Below the pieces are notes generated by a model. That model made no database searches. It was not told where the DNA came from and saw only the letters and a list, made by a program, of their open reading frames with translations. Shown piece after piece: positions 22,767 to 33,465 of a stretch of 64,000 nucleotides of DNA. The position numbers were made by a program, and so were the translations under genes. This DNA is from an uncultured Aliarcobacter sp. (GTDB lineage Bacteria > Campylobacterota > Campylobacteria > Campylobacterales > Arcobacteraceae), in assembly GCA_963664305.2 (NCBI GenBank), contig CAXXLV010000001.1, positions 416,001 to 480,000 on the forward strand. Reading direction: 5' to 3'. Every line of letters begins with the position of its first letter. Within the stretch, counting starts at the first letter, position 1.

Positions 22767-23963
22767 ATGAAAAAAATCGCAAAATTAAGTTTAGTAGCTG
22801 CTGTTGCAGTTGCAGGATTAACTTCAGCTAACGCTCAACCATTAGAAGAAGCAATCAAAAATGTAGATGTATCTGGATCTGTAGTTTATAGATATAATGA
22901 TTATAACAATAATAATATTGATAATCAAGGAGATGCTTCTACATCTAAAAATTATTATAAAGTAGGTGTAAACTTATCTTCTAAAGTTAATGATGATGTT
23001 AAATTTAATTCAAGAGTATTAGTAGCAAAAGAAGATGGTGATTTTGCAGCTGGAGGTTTAGATACTCAAGGTGGAAATGATGCTAATCCAAGTTTAACAT
23101 TATCACATGCAAACTTTGCATATACAGGTATTGCAAATACAACTGTTATGGTTGGTAAACAAGGGTTAACTACTCCATGGACAATGGCTTTAGACTCAGA
23201 TGGAAATGAACAAACTGGAACAGGTATTTTAGCTCTATCAACAGTTGGACCTGTTACTTTAGCTGGTGCATATTTCAATCAAACTAATTTAAATAACTCT
23301 GGTGACCACACTACAACATTAAATTCTTTAGCTAATACAAATACAGGGAATAATGATATTGCAACTGTTGGAGCAATTGGAGCATTAGGTGTTGTTACAT
23401 TAGATGCTTGGTACTTAGATATGAACCAAGTTTTTGACAGTTATACTGTTGGTGCAAAAGTTGCTGATGAAGTATCTGGAATTAAATTAGGTGGAGAAGC
23501 TAGATATACTTCTGTAAATGCAGATGATTTAACTACAGATAATGCAGGTGGTAAAATTGTTTTAACTGCTGATGCTGGTTTAGTTGATGCTAAAGTTGCT
23601 TATGGTTGGACAGATAAAGAAGGTGGTCTTATCGCTTTAGATAAAGATGCTTCTACAGCTTTAATTGGATGGAATTTATGGTTAGATGGAAAAGCTGATG
23701 CTGATTATTGGCAAGCGGTATTAGGATTTGATATTTTATCAAACTTAAACTTATCAGCTAACTATGGTAATTTACAATACTCTGATGGAACAGAAGACAT
23801 AGAACAAGAAGAAGTATATGCTCAGTTATTATACAAAATGAGCAAAAACTTAACTACATATATTAGATATGGTACTTATACTATGGATACAACAGATGCT
23901 GGTGTAAATTCTGAAGACAATGACGATACAAGAGGAAGATTACAAGTTGAATATACATTCTAA
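22767..23963 (+). CDS. porA: Major outer membrane porin (Campylobacterales MOMP family)
   Basis: ATG 22767 follows AGGAG; MKKIAKLSLVAAVAVAG signal peptide, PLEEAIKNVDVSG N-terminus, RLQVEYTF C-terminal beta signal. Confidence 0.92.
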   Translation: MKKIAKLSLVAAVAVAGLTSANAQPLEEAIKNVDVSGSVVYRYNDYNNNNIDNQGDASTSKNYYKVGVNLSSKVNDDVKFNSRVLVAKEDGDFAAGGLDTQGGNDANPSLTLSHANFAYTGIANTTVMVGKQGLTTPWTMALDSDGNEQTGTGILALSTVGPVTLAGAYFNQTNLNNSGDHTTTLNSLANTNTGNNDIATVGAIGALGVVTLDAWYLDMNQVFDSYTVGAKVADEVSGIKLGGEARYTSVNADDLTTDNAGGKIVLTADAGLVDAKVAYGWTDKEGGLIALDKDASTALIGWNLWLDGKADADYWQAVLGFDILSNLNLSANYGNLQYSDGTEDIEQEEVYAQLLYKMSKNLTTYIRYGTYTMDTTDAGVNSEDNDDTRGRLQVEYTF

Positions 23964-23991
23964 TATTTTTAGAATTATTTAATTTTCTTTC

Positions 23992-24023
23992 AAAGGGTTG
24001 GAGTTTACTCCAGCCCTTTTTTT
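23992..24023 (+). terminator. Intrinsic terminator of porA
   Basis: AAAGGGTTGGAG-TTTA-CTCCAGCCCTTT followed by T-tract. Confidence 0.88.
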
Positions 24024-24082
24024 ATTATGATTATTTAATCTTATTATGATAAAATCTACAAATTTAAAAAAAGGATTAAATC

Positions 24083-24706
24083 TTGAAAAAAGTTATTCTT
24101 TCATCTATACTACTACTTAGTTCTACATCAATATTTGCTGAAACAACAATGTGTTTTAAAGAAAATGCTTCTATGAGTACAATTGAAAATACACCTCTTG
24201 ATGGTGGAGTTTGTAATGGAAAATTATCTGTAAATGATATGAAAGCAAAAGGTTGGAGTGTAGATGATATAAAAATATCACAAAGCCAAACTGGTATGAA
24301 TTTTATTTATATTCTAAAAACAGCATCAGCTCCTGTTCAATCTTCACAATTTGTTGGGAATCAAGCTCAAATGGAAGCAAATATCTTGGCTAAACTTGAA
24401 GCAAAAAAAGAGGCTGAAGAAAAAGCAAAAGTTGAAAAAGAACTACAAGAAGCAAGAATAGATGCAAAAACTCTTTATGTAGATAAGTGTCAAAAATGTC
24501 ATGGACAAAATGGTGAATTAACTGCTTATAATACTTCTAGACCTTTAAAAGATTTGTCTTTAGAAGATATGGAAGAATCAATTAGAAACTATAAAGTTGG
24601 AAAAGCAACTTCTATGACTGCTAATGTTATGGCACCTTATGCAAACTTTATTGATTATAAAGAAATCAAAGGTATCCACGCTTATTTACAAAGTATCAAC
24701 AAATAA
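24083..24706 (+). CDS. Periplasmic monoheme c-type cytochrome with extra N-terminal domain
   Basis: Signal peptide; CQKCHG heme motif and distal Met (VMAP) in a c553-like C-terminal domain; TTG start after AAGGA. Confidence 0.82.
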   Translation: MKKVILSSILLLSSTSIFAETTMCFKENASMSTIENTPLDGGVCNGKLSVNDMKAKGWSVDDIKISQSQTGMNFIYILKTASAPVQSSQFVGNQAQMEANILAKLEAKKEAEEKAKVEKELQEARIDAKTLYVDKCQKCHGQNGELTAYNTSRPLKDLSLEDMEESIRNYKVGKATSMTANVMAPYANFIDYKEIKGIHAYLQSINK

Positions 24707-24732
24707 AGAAAAAGGATTTTATTCCTTTTTCT
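24707..24732 (+). terminator. Intrinsic terminator after cytochrome c gene
   Basis: AGAAAAAGGA-TTTTAT-TCCTTTTTCT followed by pyrimidine tract. Confidence 0.6.
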
Positions 24733-24805
24733 CTTCTTTTTTACTCTAATCACTCTTTATACAAACTTTAAGTATAATTTCCTTTTTTAAAGGATTAAAG
24801 CTAAT

Positions 24806-25906
24806 ATGGACGCATACGAATATTCAGAACTATTAAAACTTCTAAACACAAAACTTAGTAACATAAAAGGTATTTTAAAACCTGATGATTTAAACAAAAG
24901 ATTAGAAGAGATACAAGAATTAGAATCATCTCAAGATTTTTGGAATGATGTTGAAAATGCAACTAAAATTGGAATTGAAAAAAATAGAATTTTAGGGAAG
25001 CTAAACAAATTTAATAAAGCAAATGATTCATTAAAAGGAACAAATGAGCTTTATGAAATGGCAACAGAAGAAAAAGATGAAGAAACATTAGAGATGCTTT
25101 ATGATGAAGCAGAAGAGTTAGAAAAACTAATCAAATCTACTGAAATTTCTGTAATGTTATCTAATCCAGATGATGCTTCAAATGCAATAGTTTCTATTCA
25201 TCCAGGAGCTGGTGGTACAGAATCACAAGATTGGGCAAGCATACTTTATAGAATGTATCTTAGATGGGCAGAAAGAAATGATTTTAAAGTTGAACTTCTT
25301 GATTATCAAAATGGTGATGAAGCTGGTATCAAAGATGTTTCTTTTATCATCAAAGGTGAAAATGCTTATGGATATATGAAAGCTGAAAATGGTATTCATA
25401 GACTTGTAAGAATATCTCCTTTTGATTCAAATGCAAAAAGACATACGTCTTTCTCTTCAGTTATGGTATCTCCTGAAATTGATGATAATATCAATATTGT
25501 AATAGAAGATAAAGATATTAGAATTGATACATATAGAGCAAGTGGAGCTGGTGGACAACACGTAAATAAAACTGAATCAGCTATTAGAATCACGCATATT
25601 CCAACTGGAATTGTAGTTCAATGTCAAAATGATAGAAGTCAACATAAAAATAAAGATAGTGCTTTTAAAATGTTAAAATCAAGACTTTATGAATTTGAAC
25701 TAGAAAAACAACAAGCAACTAAAGATGGTGTTGAAAAAAGTGAAAATGGATGGGGACATCAAATTAGATCTTATGTTTTACAACCATATCAACAAGTAAA
25801 AGATAGTAGAAGTAACATTGGTTATTCAAATGTTGATGCTATCTTAGATGGTGATATAACTAAAATTATTGAAGATGTATTAATAGCAACTTCAACTTCT
25901 AAATAA
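24806..25906 (+). CDS. prfB: Peptide chain release factor 2 (single continuous frame)
   Basis: SPF anticodon motif, [11 protein letters not shown]. Confidence 0.97.
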   Translation: MDAYEYSELLKLLNTKLSNIKGILKPDDLNKRLEEIQELESSQDFWNDVENATKIGIEKNRILGKLNKFNKANDSLKGTNELYEMATEEKDEETLEMLYDEAEELEKLIKSTEISVMLSNPDDASNAIVSIHPGAGGTESQDWASILYRMYLRWAERNDFKVELLDYQNGDEAGIKDVSFIIKGENAYGYMKAENGIHRLVRISPFDSNAKRHTSFSSVMVSPEIDDNINIVIEDKDIRIDTYRASGAGGQHVNKTESAIRITHIPTGIVVQCQNDRSQHKNKDSAFKMLKSRLYEFELEKQQATKDGVEKSENGWGHQIRSYVLQPYQQVKDSRSNIGYSNVDAILDGDITKIIEDVLIATSTSK

Positions 25907-25930
25907 TGAATCATTTTTGATTCATTATTT
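25901..25930. terminator. Hairpin between convergent prfB and efflux operon
   Basis: AAATAATGAATCA-TTTT-TGATTCATTATTT perfect 13-bp inverted repeat. Confidence 0.65.
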
Positions 25931-26812
25931 TTCTTCTTTCTTTGGCTCTATTTTAATCGTACAAGTTATTCCTGCTCTTAAAATAAATCCATCTGGTACT
26001 TCATCTATTTCAATTCTTACAGGTATTCTTTGAGCTAATCTAACCCATGTAAATGATGGATTTACATTTGCTAAAAGTCTTTTACCTATTTCATTGTCTC
26101 TATCTGTTATTCCACTTGAAATACTATCAACATGCCCTTTTAAAGTAAAATCTGTACCTAAAGGTTGTATAGTTGCTACGTCACCTTCTTTTATAAGTGG
26201 TATTTTATGTTCTTCAAAATATCCATAAATCCAAAAAGAGTTATTACTGATTAATGCTAATGTGTTTTCTCCTCTATTTACAAAATCACCACTTTTTAAA
26301 ACTAGATTTGATATCCAACCATCTTCAGTTGCAATTACACTTGAACGCTCTAAATTTAATTTTGCTATATTTAAATCAACTACAGCTTTATCATAGTTTG
26401 CTTTTGATATTTCTAACTGATATTTAGCTGTTTCATGTTCTTCTTTTGACACAACACTATTATCAACTTTAAACCTTCTATCAAACTGTTTTTTTTTCAT
26501 AAAATATTCAGATTTTTGTATTTCAAGAAGTGCTTCAGCTTTTGATACATCTTCTAAAAATCTTTTTTTATCAATTTGAAAAAGTAAATCACCCTTTTTA
26601 ACAAACTGATTATCTTTTACATAAACTTTATCTACTAAACCACTAACATCTGGAGAAATCATAATTATATCTGCACGAATTCTTCCATCTCTTGTCCATG
26701 GATTATTCATATAGTTATGCCAAAGTTTTAATGCTAAAAAAATTGCTATTACAACTACAAAAAAAGTTATTGCAAATTTTATAAATTTTATTAATTTACT
26801 ATTTTTATTCAT
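25925..26812 (-). CDS. HlyD-family membrane fusion protein (AaeA/FusE-like)
   Basis: PWTRDGRIRA, PDVSG, FTWVRLAQRIPVRI motifs. Confidence 0.93.
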   Translation of the reverse strand: MNKNSKLIKFIKFAITFFVVVIAIFLALKLWHNYMNNPWTRDGRIRADIIMISPDVSGLVDKVYVKDNQFVKKGDLLFQIDKKRFLEDVSKAEALLEIQKSEYFMKKKQFDRRFKVDNSVVSKEEHETAKYQLEISKANYDKAVVDLNIAKLNLERSSVIATEDGWISNLVLKSGDFVNRGENTLALISNNSFWIYGYFEEHKIPLIKEGDVATIQPLGTDFTLKGHVDSISSGITDRDNEIGKRLLANVNPSFTWVRLAQRIPVRIEIDEVPDGFILRAGITCTIKIEPKKEEK

Positions 26813-26824
26813 ATTATTTATTCC

Positions 26825-27025
26825 TTATTTATAAATCAAAAGAGATGGTATTACAAAAATACATACAAATAATGCCGTTCTAAAAAGCCCTGGATGCCAT
26901 ACATAATTATAAACTCCAAGGTCAGCTAAAATTCTATTTATAAAAATCTGAACTACACCTGCAATTATAAATACCACTACTAAAGTTGGTATTTCATTTC
27001 CTAATAAAGTCATTACTAAATTCAT
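26825..27025 (-). CDS. DUF1656 / AaeX-like small membrane protein
   Basis: YVWHPGLFRTALF motif; sits between FUSC and HlyD genes. Confidence 0.88.
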   Translation of the reverse strand: MNLVMTLLGNEIPTLVVVFIIAGVVQIFINRILADLGVYNYVWHPGLFRTALFVCIFVIPSLLIYK

Positions 27026-29145
27026 ATTATTTCTCCTTTTGAAGGAAGAGATATCTTATTTGATAAAAGTGTGTAAATCAAAGATATCTCTAATAAAATA
27101 TTTTGCATAGATTTTTGGTCATTAACCAATTTATAGTTTGTATTTTTTTCTAATTCAACAAAATCTTCTTTTAAACTTTGAAAAACTCTCTCTTTTTCTT
27201 TTTCATCAACTTGTAAAAAATACTCTTTTATTGAATTTAAAATTGAATATACAAATGTTGGCTTATTCTCATTTTTAAACTCTTTCAATTTTTCTTTTAT
27301 ATCAATAATTGCTCTTGCAATTTCAATACTTGATAATAACCATTTAAAAATCAAAATATTTGATTGAGTATTTAATTTTCCTTGCGTTGAAAAATGTTGA
27401 ATTAAATCTAAACCACGACTTTCCAAAACAACTCTTTTAAAACTATTTTTATCATCGATTATTTTTATAATTCTATTTATCAATAAATTTGAAACTCTTT
27501 TTTTAGTCCAAGATTCAGACCAAGAATTGACAAGTTCATAGGCAAGTCCAGCTATAACTATTCCTATCAAAGAAGCTACACTTGATTCAAAAAAAGTTAT
27601 ATAATCCATAGTATAATGCAAATTCATAGAGCAAACTGTAATAATTATAAATATAAAACCAAAAGCAAATAATCCTCTTTGAGGAGAACTTCCAAGCCAA
27701 GCTGCAAATGCAAAGATAGGAGCCATAATAAAACAAAAAGTTGGAATATCATTTACATATGTTGGAATTAAATAAAAATTATAAATTCCTGCAACAAAAA
27801 AAGATATTATTGAACCTTTTAAAAAATTTTTACTTGCATCAACTGGATTTGGAATTGAACTAAACATCAAAGTTGGTGCAACTGCAGAAATTATTGCAAA
27901 AGGAGCATATCCCCAAGCTGTCATTATCCAAAAGATTGTAGTTGCAAGTAATACAATAACTGCTCTAAAAGAAGTTAATAATACAAGTAAATTATCTGTA
28001 TATGTAGATAGTTTATATGATTGTATATTAGTCTCTAAATCTTCATTTTTTGATTTACTATTTAAAAATGATATATATGTTTTTGTATATTCACAAAACT
28101 CCATATAAAACCTTACTATCAAATTTGCAGCAGTAGTGTAATCATTTTGTAAATCAAAATCTAAGGATTTAAATTCAACTTTTTTTATATCAATATTTTC
28201 TTTTATATTTTTTTTTACATCTTCAAAATCACTCAAAATAGTATTAAAATCATTTTCAACAATATTTTGTAAATTATTTTCTAAAGAATTTTTAATTGGT
28301 TTATATATTTCTTCTAAAGCTATTACTATCTTTTCATCAACTTTTTCATTATTTGATATTGTATTTATTATATTTTTTAAAGAGTGAAAAGTTATAGATA
28401 AATGCATAAATTCAGAATTTAATCTTTGATAATACATCTTATCTTTTTTATTTATATTACTTTCAAAAACAGAATTAACCCTTAAAGAATCTGGACCTAA
28501 AATATTTCTTGAAAAATTTGTTGTACTATTTTCTTTTGAAAAGATATTATTCATATCAATAATAGATGAATAAATATTTTTATATCTTTGTTTTTCACTT
28601 TCAAAAAGTGTATTAGATAATTTCTTTGGAAATAAAACTTCGCTAACTACGCTAGAGCTCAATAAACCAACAGTAACTTCTGAAATTCTTTCAATTGCAA
28701 AACCATATATATTTAATGGATTTTCAATATTTGGTAAAACAATCAAAGCAACTGTATATCCAGATAATACAAATCCATAAGAAAGAAAATTTCTATATTT
28801 AAATCCTAAAGCTGCACAAATTGCAATCCAAACTGTAAAAAATCCCATAAACCAAACTCTATCTTGAGAAAAGGCTGATGTTAATAATAAAGCTACCAAA
28901 AATCCAAGAATTGTTCCCATAAATCTATAAAAACTTTTAGAAAAAACCATCCCACTATGCATTTGCATAACGATAAATACTGTAAACACAGAAGTTTGAG
29001 GACTTGAAAGATTAAAATACATAGATACACTCATAGCAAGAAGTGCTGCTATTGTCACTTTTACTACAAAAATCATTATTGATAAATCACTATTTTTCCA
29101 TTCTAAAAAGGCTGTTTTAAATATTGAAACATTAACTTGTTGCAT
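27022..29145 (-). CDS. FUSC family inner-membrane efflux protein (AaeB/FusBC-like)
   Basis: TVFIVMQ..SGMVFSKSFYRFMGTILG, YGFVLSGYT; two TM blocks. Confidence 0.92.
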   Translation of the reverse strand: MQQVNVSIFKTAFLEWKNSDLSIMIFVVKVTIAALLAMSVSMYFNLSSPQTSVFTVFIVMQMHSGMVFSKSFYRFMGTILGFLVALLLTSAFSQDRVWFMGFFTVWIAICAALGFKYRNFLSYGFVLSGYTVALIVLPNIENPLNIYGFAIERISEVTVGLLSSSVVSEVLFPKKLSNTLFESEKQRYKNIYSSIIDMNNIFSKENSTTNFSRNILGPDSLRVNSVFESNINKKDKMYYQRLNSEFMHLSITFHSLKNIINTISNNEKVDEKIVIALEEIYKPIKNSLENNLQNIVENDFNTILSDFEDVKKNIKENIDIKKVEFKSLDFDLQNDYTTAANLIVRFYMEFCEYTKTYISFLNSKSKNEDLETNIQSYKLSTYTDNLLVLLTSFRAVIVLLATTIFWIMTAWGYAPFAIISAVAPTLMFSSIPNPVDASKNFLKGSIISFFVAGIYNFYLIPTYVNDIPTFCFIMAPIFAFAAWLGSSPQRGLFAFGFIFIIITVCSMNLHYTMDYITFFESSVASLIGIVIAGLAYELVNSWSESWTKKRVSNLLINRIIKIIDDKNSFKRVVLESRGLDLIQHFSTQGKLNTQSNILIFKWLLSSIEIARAIIDIKEKLKEFKNENKPTFVYSILNSIKEYFLQVDEKEKERVFQSLKEDFVELEKNTNYKLVNDQKSMQNILLEISLIYTLLSNKISLPSKGEII

Positions 29146-30556
29146 TATTCAAATCCTCTTCTTTAAATCCACCACCTGTTGCTTTGATTAATTCAAGTTT
29201 TAATTTTTCACTACTTTCTATTAAATCAAGTTCATTCATATGTGTCATTAGACTATTTATTTTTGAATCAAAATATGGAAGTTTATTTGTAAGTCCTATT
29301 TTAAATCTTTTATTTGCCACTTCTTCATTTAACTCAATAGATTTTATTTGATTATGATGCATTTCTAATTGTAATTTTTTATAATCTATTCTTTTTAAAA
29401 CAGTTACAACTTCATTTACTGCTTTATTTACTACTTCATTATATTCATAAACTGAACTGTTGTAGGCTATTACTTTATCATCTAAATTAGCTTCTCTTTT
29501 TCCCCAATCAAATATTGGTAAATCTAAAGCTACTCCAGCAGAAGGTACAGATGAAGATTTTGTTAAAAATTCATTTGAAACAAAAGAAGTAAATCCCAGT
29601 AATGCTGACAAATTTATATTTGGATAAAACTTTGTTTTAGCAACATTAATATTTTCATCATTACTTAAAACTAAATATTTTTGTATTGCTATATCAGCTC
29701 TTTGAGATAAAAAATTCAAATATATATTATCTTGTACTCCTATTTCTGATGCTTTTTCTATTATTGGTTTTGTTAAACTTTCTGAAAAACTTGGTAATTG
29801 TCCAGATAAAATACATATAGTTGATAACTCTTTTTTTATTATTTCATTTATAGAATATTCATTTAATCTCATTTGAAATATTTGAGCTTTTTTATCATTT
29901 AATGTTCTTTCATCAATTAATCCATTATCATATTTTGATTTTATAATTTCATATTCTTCATCTAATATTTCTAATACTTCTTTTATTACATCTAATTTTT
30001 TTTCATTATAATTCCAAGATAAATATACTTCTGTTATTGCTAGTGATAAATTTAATTTACTATTTTCTATAAATGCTTTTTGTGCATATGCTAAATTTTT
30101 TGCTGACAAAATTCTTGATTTTCTTTCATCCCAAAAATCAAATTTATAATCCAATGTTGTTGCTGTGTGATATTGAGTGAAATAACCTCCACCTAAAGGT
30201 GCAGGAAAAATATGATTTTCACTAAATCTTTCTCTTGATAAACTTGATTCAAAAGATATATTTGGTAAATTTTCTGATTCTATTGCTTTTATTATTGTAT
30301 TTGCTTTTGCAAATCTTTGTTCTATACTTTTAAGTGATGGAGAATTTATTAATGCTTTGTCTATGATAAAATTTAATTGTTTATCATTAAAAGATTCCCA
30401 CCAATTTATATAATTTTTATTTGTTTCTTCACTTTTAACTATCTTTAATTCTTCATATATTTTTAAATTATCTATTTTTTCTACTTTCTCATATTTTGGA
30501 ACACATCCAATTAGTAATATTGAAAAGAAACAAAAAATTAAATAATTAATTCTCAT
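29132..30556 (-). CDS. Outer membrane efflux factor lipoprotein (NodT/OprM type)
   Basis: Lipobox LIGC, WWESFNDKQL, RADI, FYPNINL, PIFDWG, ATGGG; ATG 30556 preferred over 30568. Confidence 0.9.
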   Translation of the reverse strand: MRINYLIFCFFSILLIGCVPKYEKVEKIDNLKIYEELKIVKSEETNKNYINWWESFNDKQLNFIIDKALINSPSLKSIEQRFAKANTIIKAIESENLPNISFESSLSRERFSENHIFPAPLGGGYFTQYHTATTLDYKFDFWDERKSRILSAKNLAYAQKAFIENSKLNLSLAITEVYLSWNYNEKKLDVIKEVLEILDEEYEIIKSKYDNGLIDERTLNDKKAQIFQMRLNEYSINEIIKKELSTICILSGQLPSFSESLTKPIIEKASEIGVQDNIYLNFLSQRADIAIQKYLVLSNDENINVAKTKFYPNINLSALLGFTSFVSNEFLTKSSSVPSAGVALDLPIFDWGKREANLDDKVIAYNSSVYEYNEVVNKAVNEVVTVLKRIDYKKLQLEMHHNQIKSIELNEEVANKRFKIGLTNKLPYFDSKINSLMTHMNELDLIESSEKLKLELIKATGGGFKEEDLNNATS

Positions 30557-30992
30557 TTTCTTCGCCATCGTTTAGATTTTTAAAGATTTTGTCTAAAATG
30601 GCAATAAAATCTTTTTTCTCTTTCTCTGTAATTCCTTTTAAAACTTTAGCTTCAACATCATTTGCAACTTTTTGTAATACAGTTTCTAACTCTCTTCCTT
30701 TATCTGTTATTGCAATCAGATAAGCTCTTCTATCTTTTTCTTTTGATTCTCTAACAACTAAATTTTTTAGTTCTAATTTATCAAGTATCAATGTCAAAGC
30801 AGATTGTTTATATTTCGTCTCTTTAGCCAAATCCTTTTGTGTCATTCTATCTTCTTCACATAATTTTAATAAAACAACAAACTGTGTTGTACTTATTTCA
30901 TAAGGAGAAAGCGCAATTTCCATCTCATTTCTAATACTATTTCTTACATTGGCGATTTTAACACCTAAACGTTCATTTAATTTAGTATCCAT
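30546..30992 (-). CDS. MarR family transcriptional regulator
   Basis: 148 aa; TQKDLA helix, DRR wing, ITDKG; first gene of efflux operon. Confidence 0.93.
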   Translation of the reverse strand: MDTKLNERLGVKIANVRNSIRNEMEIALSPYEISTTQFVVLLKLCEEDRMTQKDLAKETKYKQSALTLILDKLELKNLVVRESKEKDRRAYLIAITDKGRELETVLQKVANDVEAKVLKGITEKEKKDFIAILDKIFKNLNDGEENEN

Positions 30993-31039
30993 TTTTTTCC
31001 TTTTCTTTTTTTAAAGAATATAATAAAGTTAATTAATTT

Positions 31040-31059
31040 ATAGTTAATATATTAACTAT
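31040..31059. promoter_or_regulatory. Candidate MarR operator
   Basis: Perfect 20-bp palindrome ATAGTTAATATATTAACTAT about 50 bp upstream of marR. Confidence 0.7.
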
Positions 31060-31095
31060 TTATATATTAAAAAAAATTAATCTCAGAATTGAAGT

Positions 31096-33465
31096 TTATT
31101 CTCTATCACAAATAATATTGTAGATACAATAATTACATATAGATTTATCTTCACATTTTGAAAAAGAAATCACTTGTTTTGAAACTTCTTTTAACTCTTC
31201 AAATTTTTGATTTAATAGTTCCAATTTACTTTCTAAAGCAATTTCAGGAATTAGTTGAGTGTTATGCAAATCATAATAATATGCGTGTATTTTATTTGTT
31301 TTAAAATATTGATTCATTGCTATATAATAAAATTCAAGTTGGAAATCATTAGTCTTTTCATAATTTTTAAGTGTATCAACACTTAAATTTGATGATGTTT
31401 TATAATCAATCAACTCATACTCATTTTCAAAACTATCAATTCTGTCAATTATTCCTTTTATTTTTATTCCATTAAATTCACACTCAAAGTTTTTCTCTAA
31501 AGCAATAATTTTTCTATTTTTTAATCGCTCTTTATCATGTAAATAAAATTCATAAAGTTTTTTCTTCCAGATTTCCAAATCCAAAATCAAAAATGGATTT
31601 GAACTTTTGTATTTTGTAAATAAAGTCTCAATTTTTTCAAAACTTAATTCATTAGCATTTTCATCAATAGTATAATAATCTTCTAAAATAGAGTGAATTA
31701 TATCTCCCAATTCATAAGCTTTTGGTTTTAATGAAATCGAATGTTCTTTTATTTTTAAAATATATTGTAAATAAAATTTTCTTTTACATTGTAAATAAGT
31801 TCTAAATGAAGTTACTGACCAAATAAATTTTGCTAAATCAATTTGTGCAATTATCTCTTCTTCAAAATGCGATATTTTATGATTATCATAAAGTATATGT
31901 TTATAAAAATTGTCATTTGTATCAGTAATTATTCTTTTTCCAAATAATTCATTTGCAAATCGTGAAATTTGATTTGTATCTGAATTAACATATGAAATAA
32001 AAACATTTTTTGTTGAAGTTATTAATCTTTTATAATAATACTTCTGTAAAGATTCTCTATCAAATTGTGTTGGAAGATTTGCCAATTGTTTTAATTTTGT
32101 TGATAAGAATTTATCTTTTAAAGATATTTTTGGAATAAATGATTCATTAAAATCACAGATAATTACTACATCAAACTCTAAAGCTCTAGTTTCAAGTAAT
32201 CCTAAAACAGTAATTTTCCCAGAATTAACATCATCAAGTGTGATTTTTGCTAACTTTTGTAAAAATATTTTAAATACATCTTTTAATAAAATATTGTTTT
32301 CTTTTGAAAATAAAATAATATTTAGTTTATAAAGTAACTCATCATATTTTTCAATAAGCTCAACATCTGTCTCTTTTGATTTTATAAAGTCCGTAATAAA
32401 AAGAAATAAATCTTTTGAAACATTTTTATTCCATAAAAATTTTATGTTTTTATCAATAAACAATTTATCAATTTGTAAAAAGTTTAAATTTTCAATATTT
32501 TTAACTTCATCTTCATTCAAATATAAATATATTGCATTTGCAATTTGATAAAGATTTGTATTCTTAATACTTTTTCCCATTGCATAGTTAAAATACTTCT
32601 CATCATCAAAAAGTTGGATATAAGATGCAAAATTTTCATCAGGTAAAACCAAAGCTATATTAGATGGATTTATACCACTTTTTACTGATTTTTCAATACA
32701 TGATTTAATATAAGCTATTTGATTTAATCTAGAACTAAAACCTTTTGTTTCAAAAAATTCTAATTTACTATCTATTGGTTTTTCATCAATAATTTCATTT
32801 TTTGTTAAATCATATTTAAATTTATAATCAAGTTTTATTTCTAAACCAAGATTTTTAAAAACTTCCAATGATTTTTGATTATAAATATTAGAATAAAATA
32901 CAATTGTTATATTTATATATTTTGATATTTTTTCTATCATATCAAATTCAACTTTTGTAAAGTATCCTTCAAAATGTAACTCTATTGAGTCAAACTTATT
33001 CAAAAAATTTTCATTAATTTTATAGTGATTATTTAAATTTATTCTATCTACATAAGAATTTTTCTCTAAAATATTTACATAGTTATTTTTTATTACTTCT
33101 AATATTTGTAAATGCTCTAGATAAAAATCATAAGTGTCAACATTTTGTATCTGATTTATTTCAACTTTTTCACTTGCTAATTCAAGAAAAAATCTATAAA
33201 TATAATCACTTTGTTTTAAAAATTTAGTAAAATTATCAGAAATACCAAGTTTTTTTATATCAACGTTTTTTATTGCTTCATTTAAAAAAAGAACTCTTTG
33301 TTCTTCTTCACAATATTTTAGTTTATTTAATGTTATTGATTTTTTAAAAAATTCGTCGATTGTTAGAATAAAAGGCAAAAGAGTATTTTCACTCTTTTGA
33401 TTAGAAATAAAATTCCTAATTACCCTTGAAGTAGGAAAAACTAAAAGCTTTTTTTTAAATAGCAT
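31096..33465 (-). CDS. addB: AddB-like PD-(D/E)XK nuclease subunit of AddAB
   Basis: C-terminal GIIDRID...LIDYKT nuclease motif, Fe-S cysteines (LQC...CNYCIYNIIC), GLLETR; position after cco operon as in C. jejuni. Confidence 0.82.
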   Translation of the reverse strand: MLFKKKLLVFPTSRVIRNFISNQKSENTLLPFILTIDEFFKKSITLNKLKYCEEEQRVLFLNEAIKNVDIKKLGISDNFTKFLKQSDYIYRFFLELASEKVEINQIQNVDTYDFYLEHLQILEVIKNNYVNILEKNSYVDRINLNNHYKINENFLNKFDSIELHFEGYFTKVEFDMIEKISKYINITIVFYSNIYNQKSLEVFKNLGLEIKLDYKFKYDLTKNEIIDEKPIDSKLEFFETKGFSSRLNQIAYIKSCIEKSVKSGINPSNIALVLPDENFASYIQLFDDEKYFNYAMGKSIKNTNLYQIANAIYLYLNEDEVKNIENLNFLQIDKLFIDKNIKFLWNKNVSKDLFLFITDFIKSKETDVELIEKYDELLYKLNIILFSKENNILLKDVFKIFLQKLAKITLDDVNSGKITVLGLLETRALEFDVVIICDFNESFIPKISLKDKFLSTKLKQLANLPTQFDRESLQKYYYKRLITSTKNVFISYVNSDTNQISRFANELFGKRIITDTNDNFYKHILYDNHKISHFEEEIIAQIDLAKFIWSVTSFRTYLQCKRKFYLQYILKIKEHSISLKPKAYELGDIIHSILEDYYTIDENANELSFEKIETLFTKYKSSNPFLILDLEIWKKKLYEFYLHDKERLKNRKIIALEKNFECEFNGIKIKGIIDRIDSFENEYELIDYKTSSNLSVDTLKNYEKTNDFQLEFYYIAMNQYFKTNKIHAYYYDLHNTQLIPEIALESKLELLNQKFEELKEVSKQVISFSKCEDKSICNYCIYNIICDRE

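Noticed and set aside
24806..24900. No programmed +1 frameshift in prfB
   Set aside because: Real, but in-frame prfB genes are known in many bacteria and, as I recall, in this phylum
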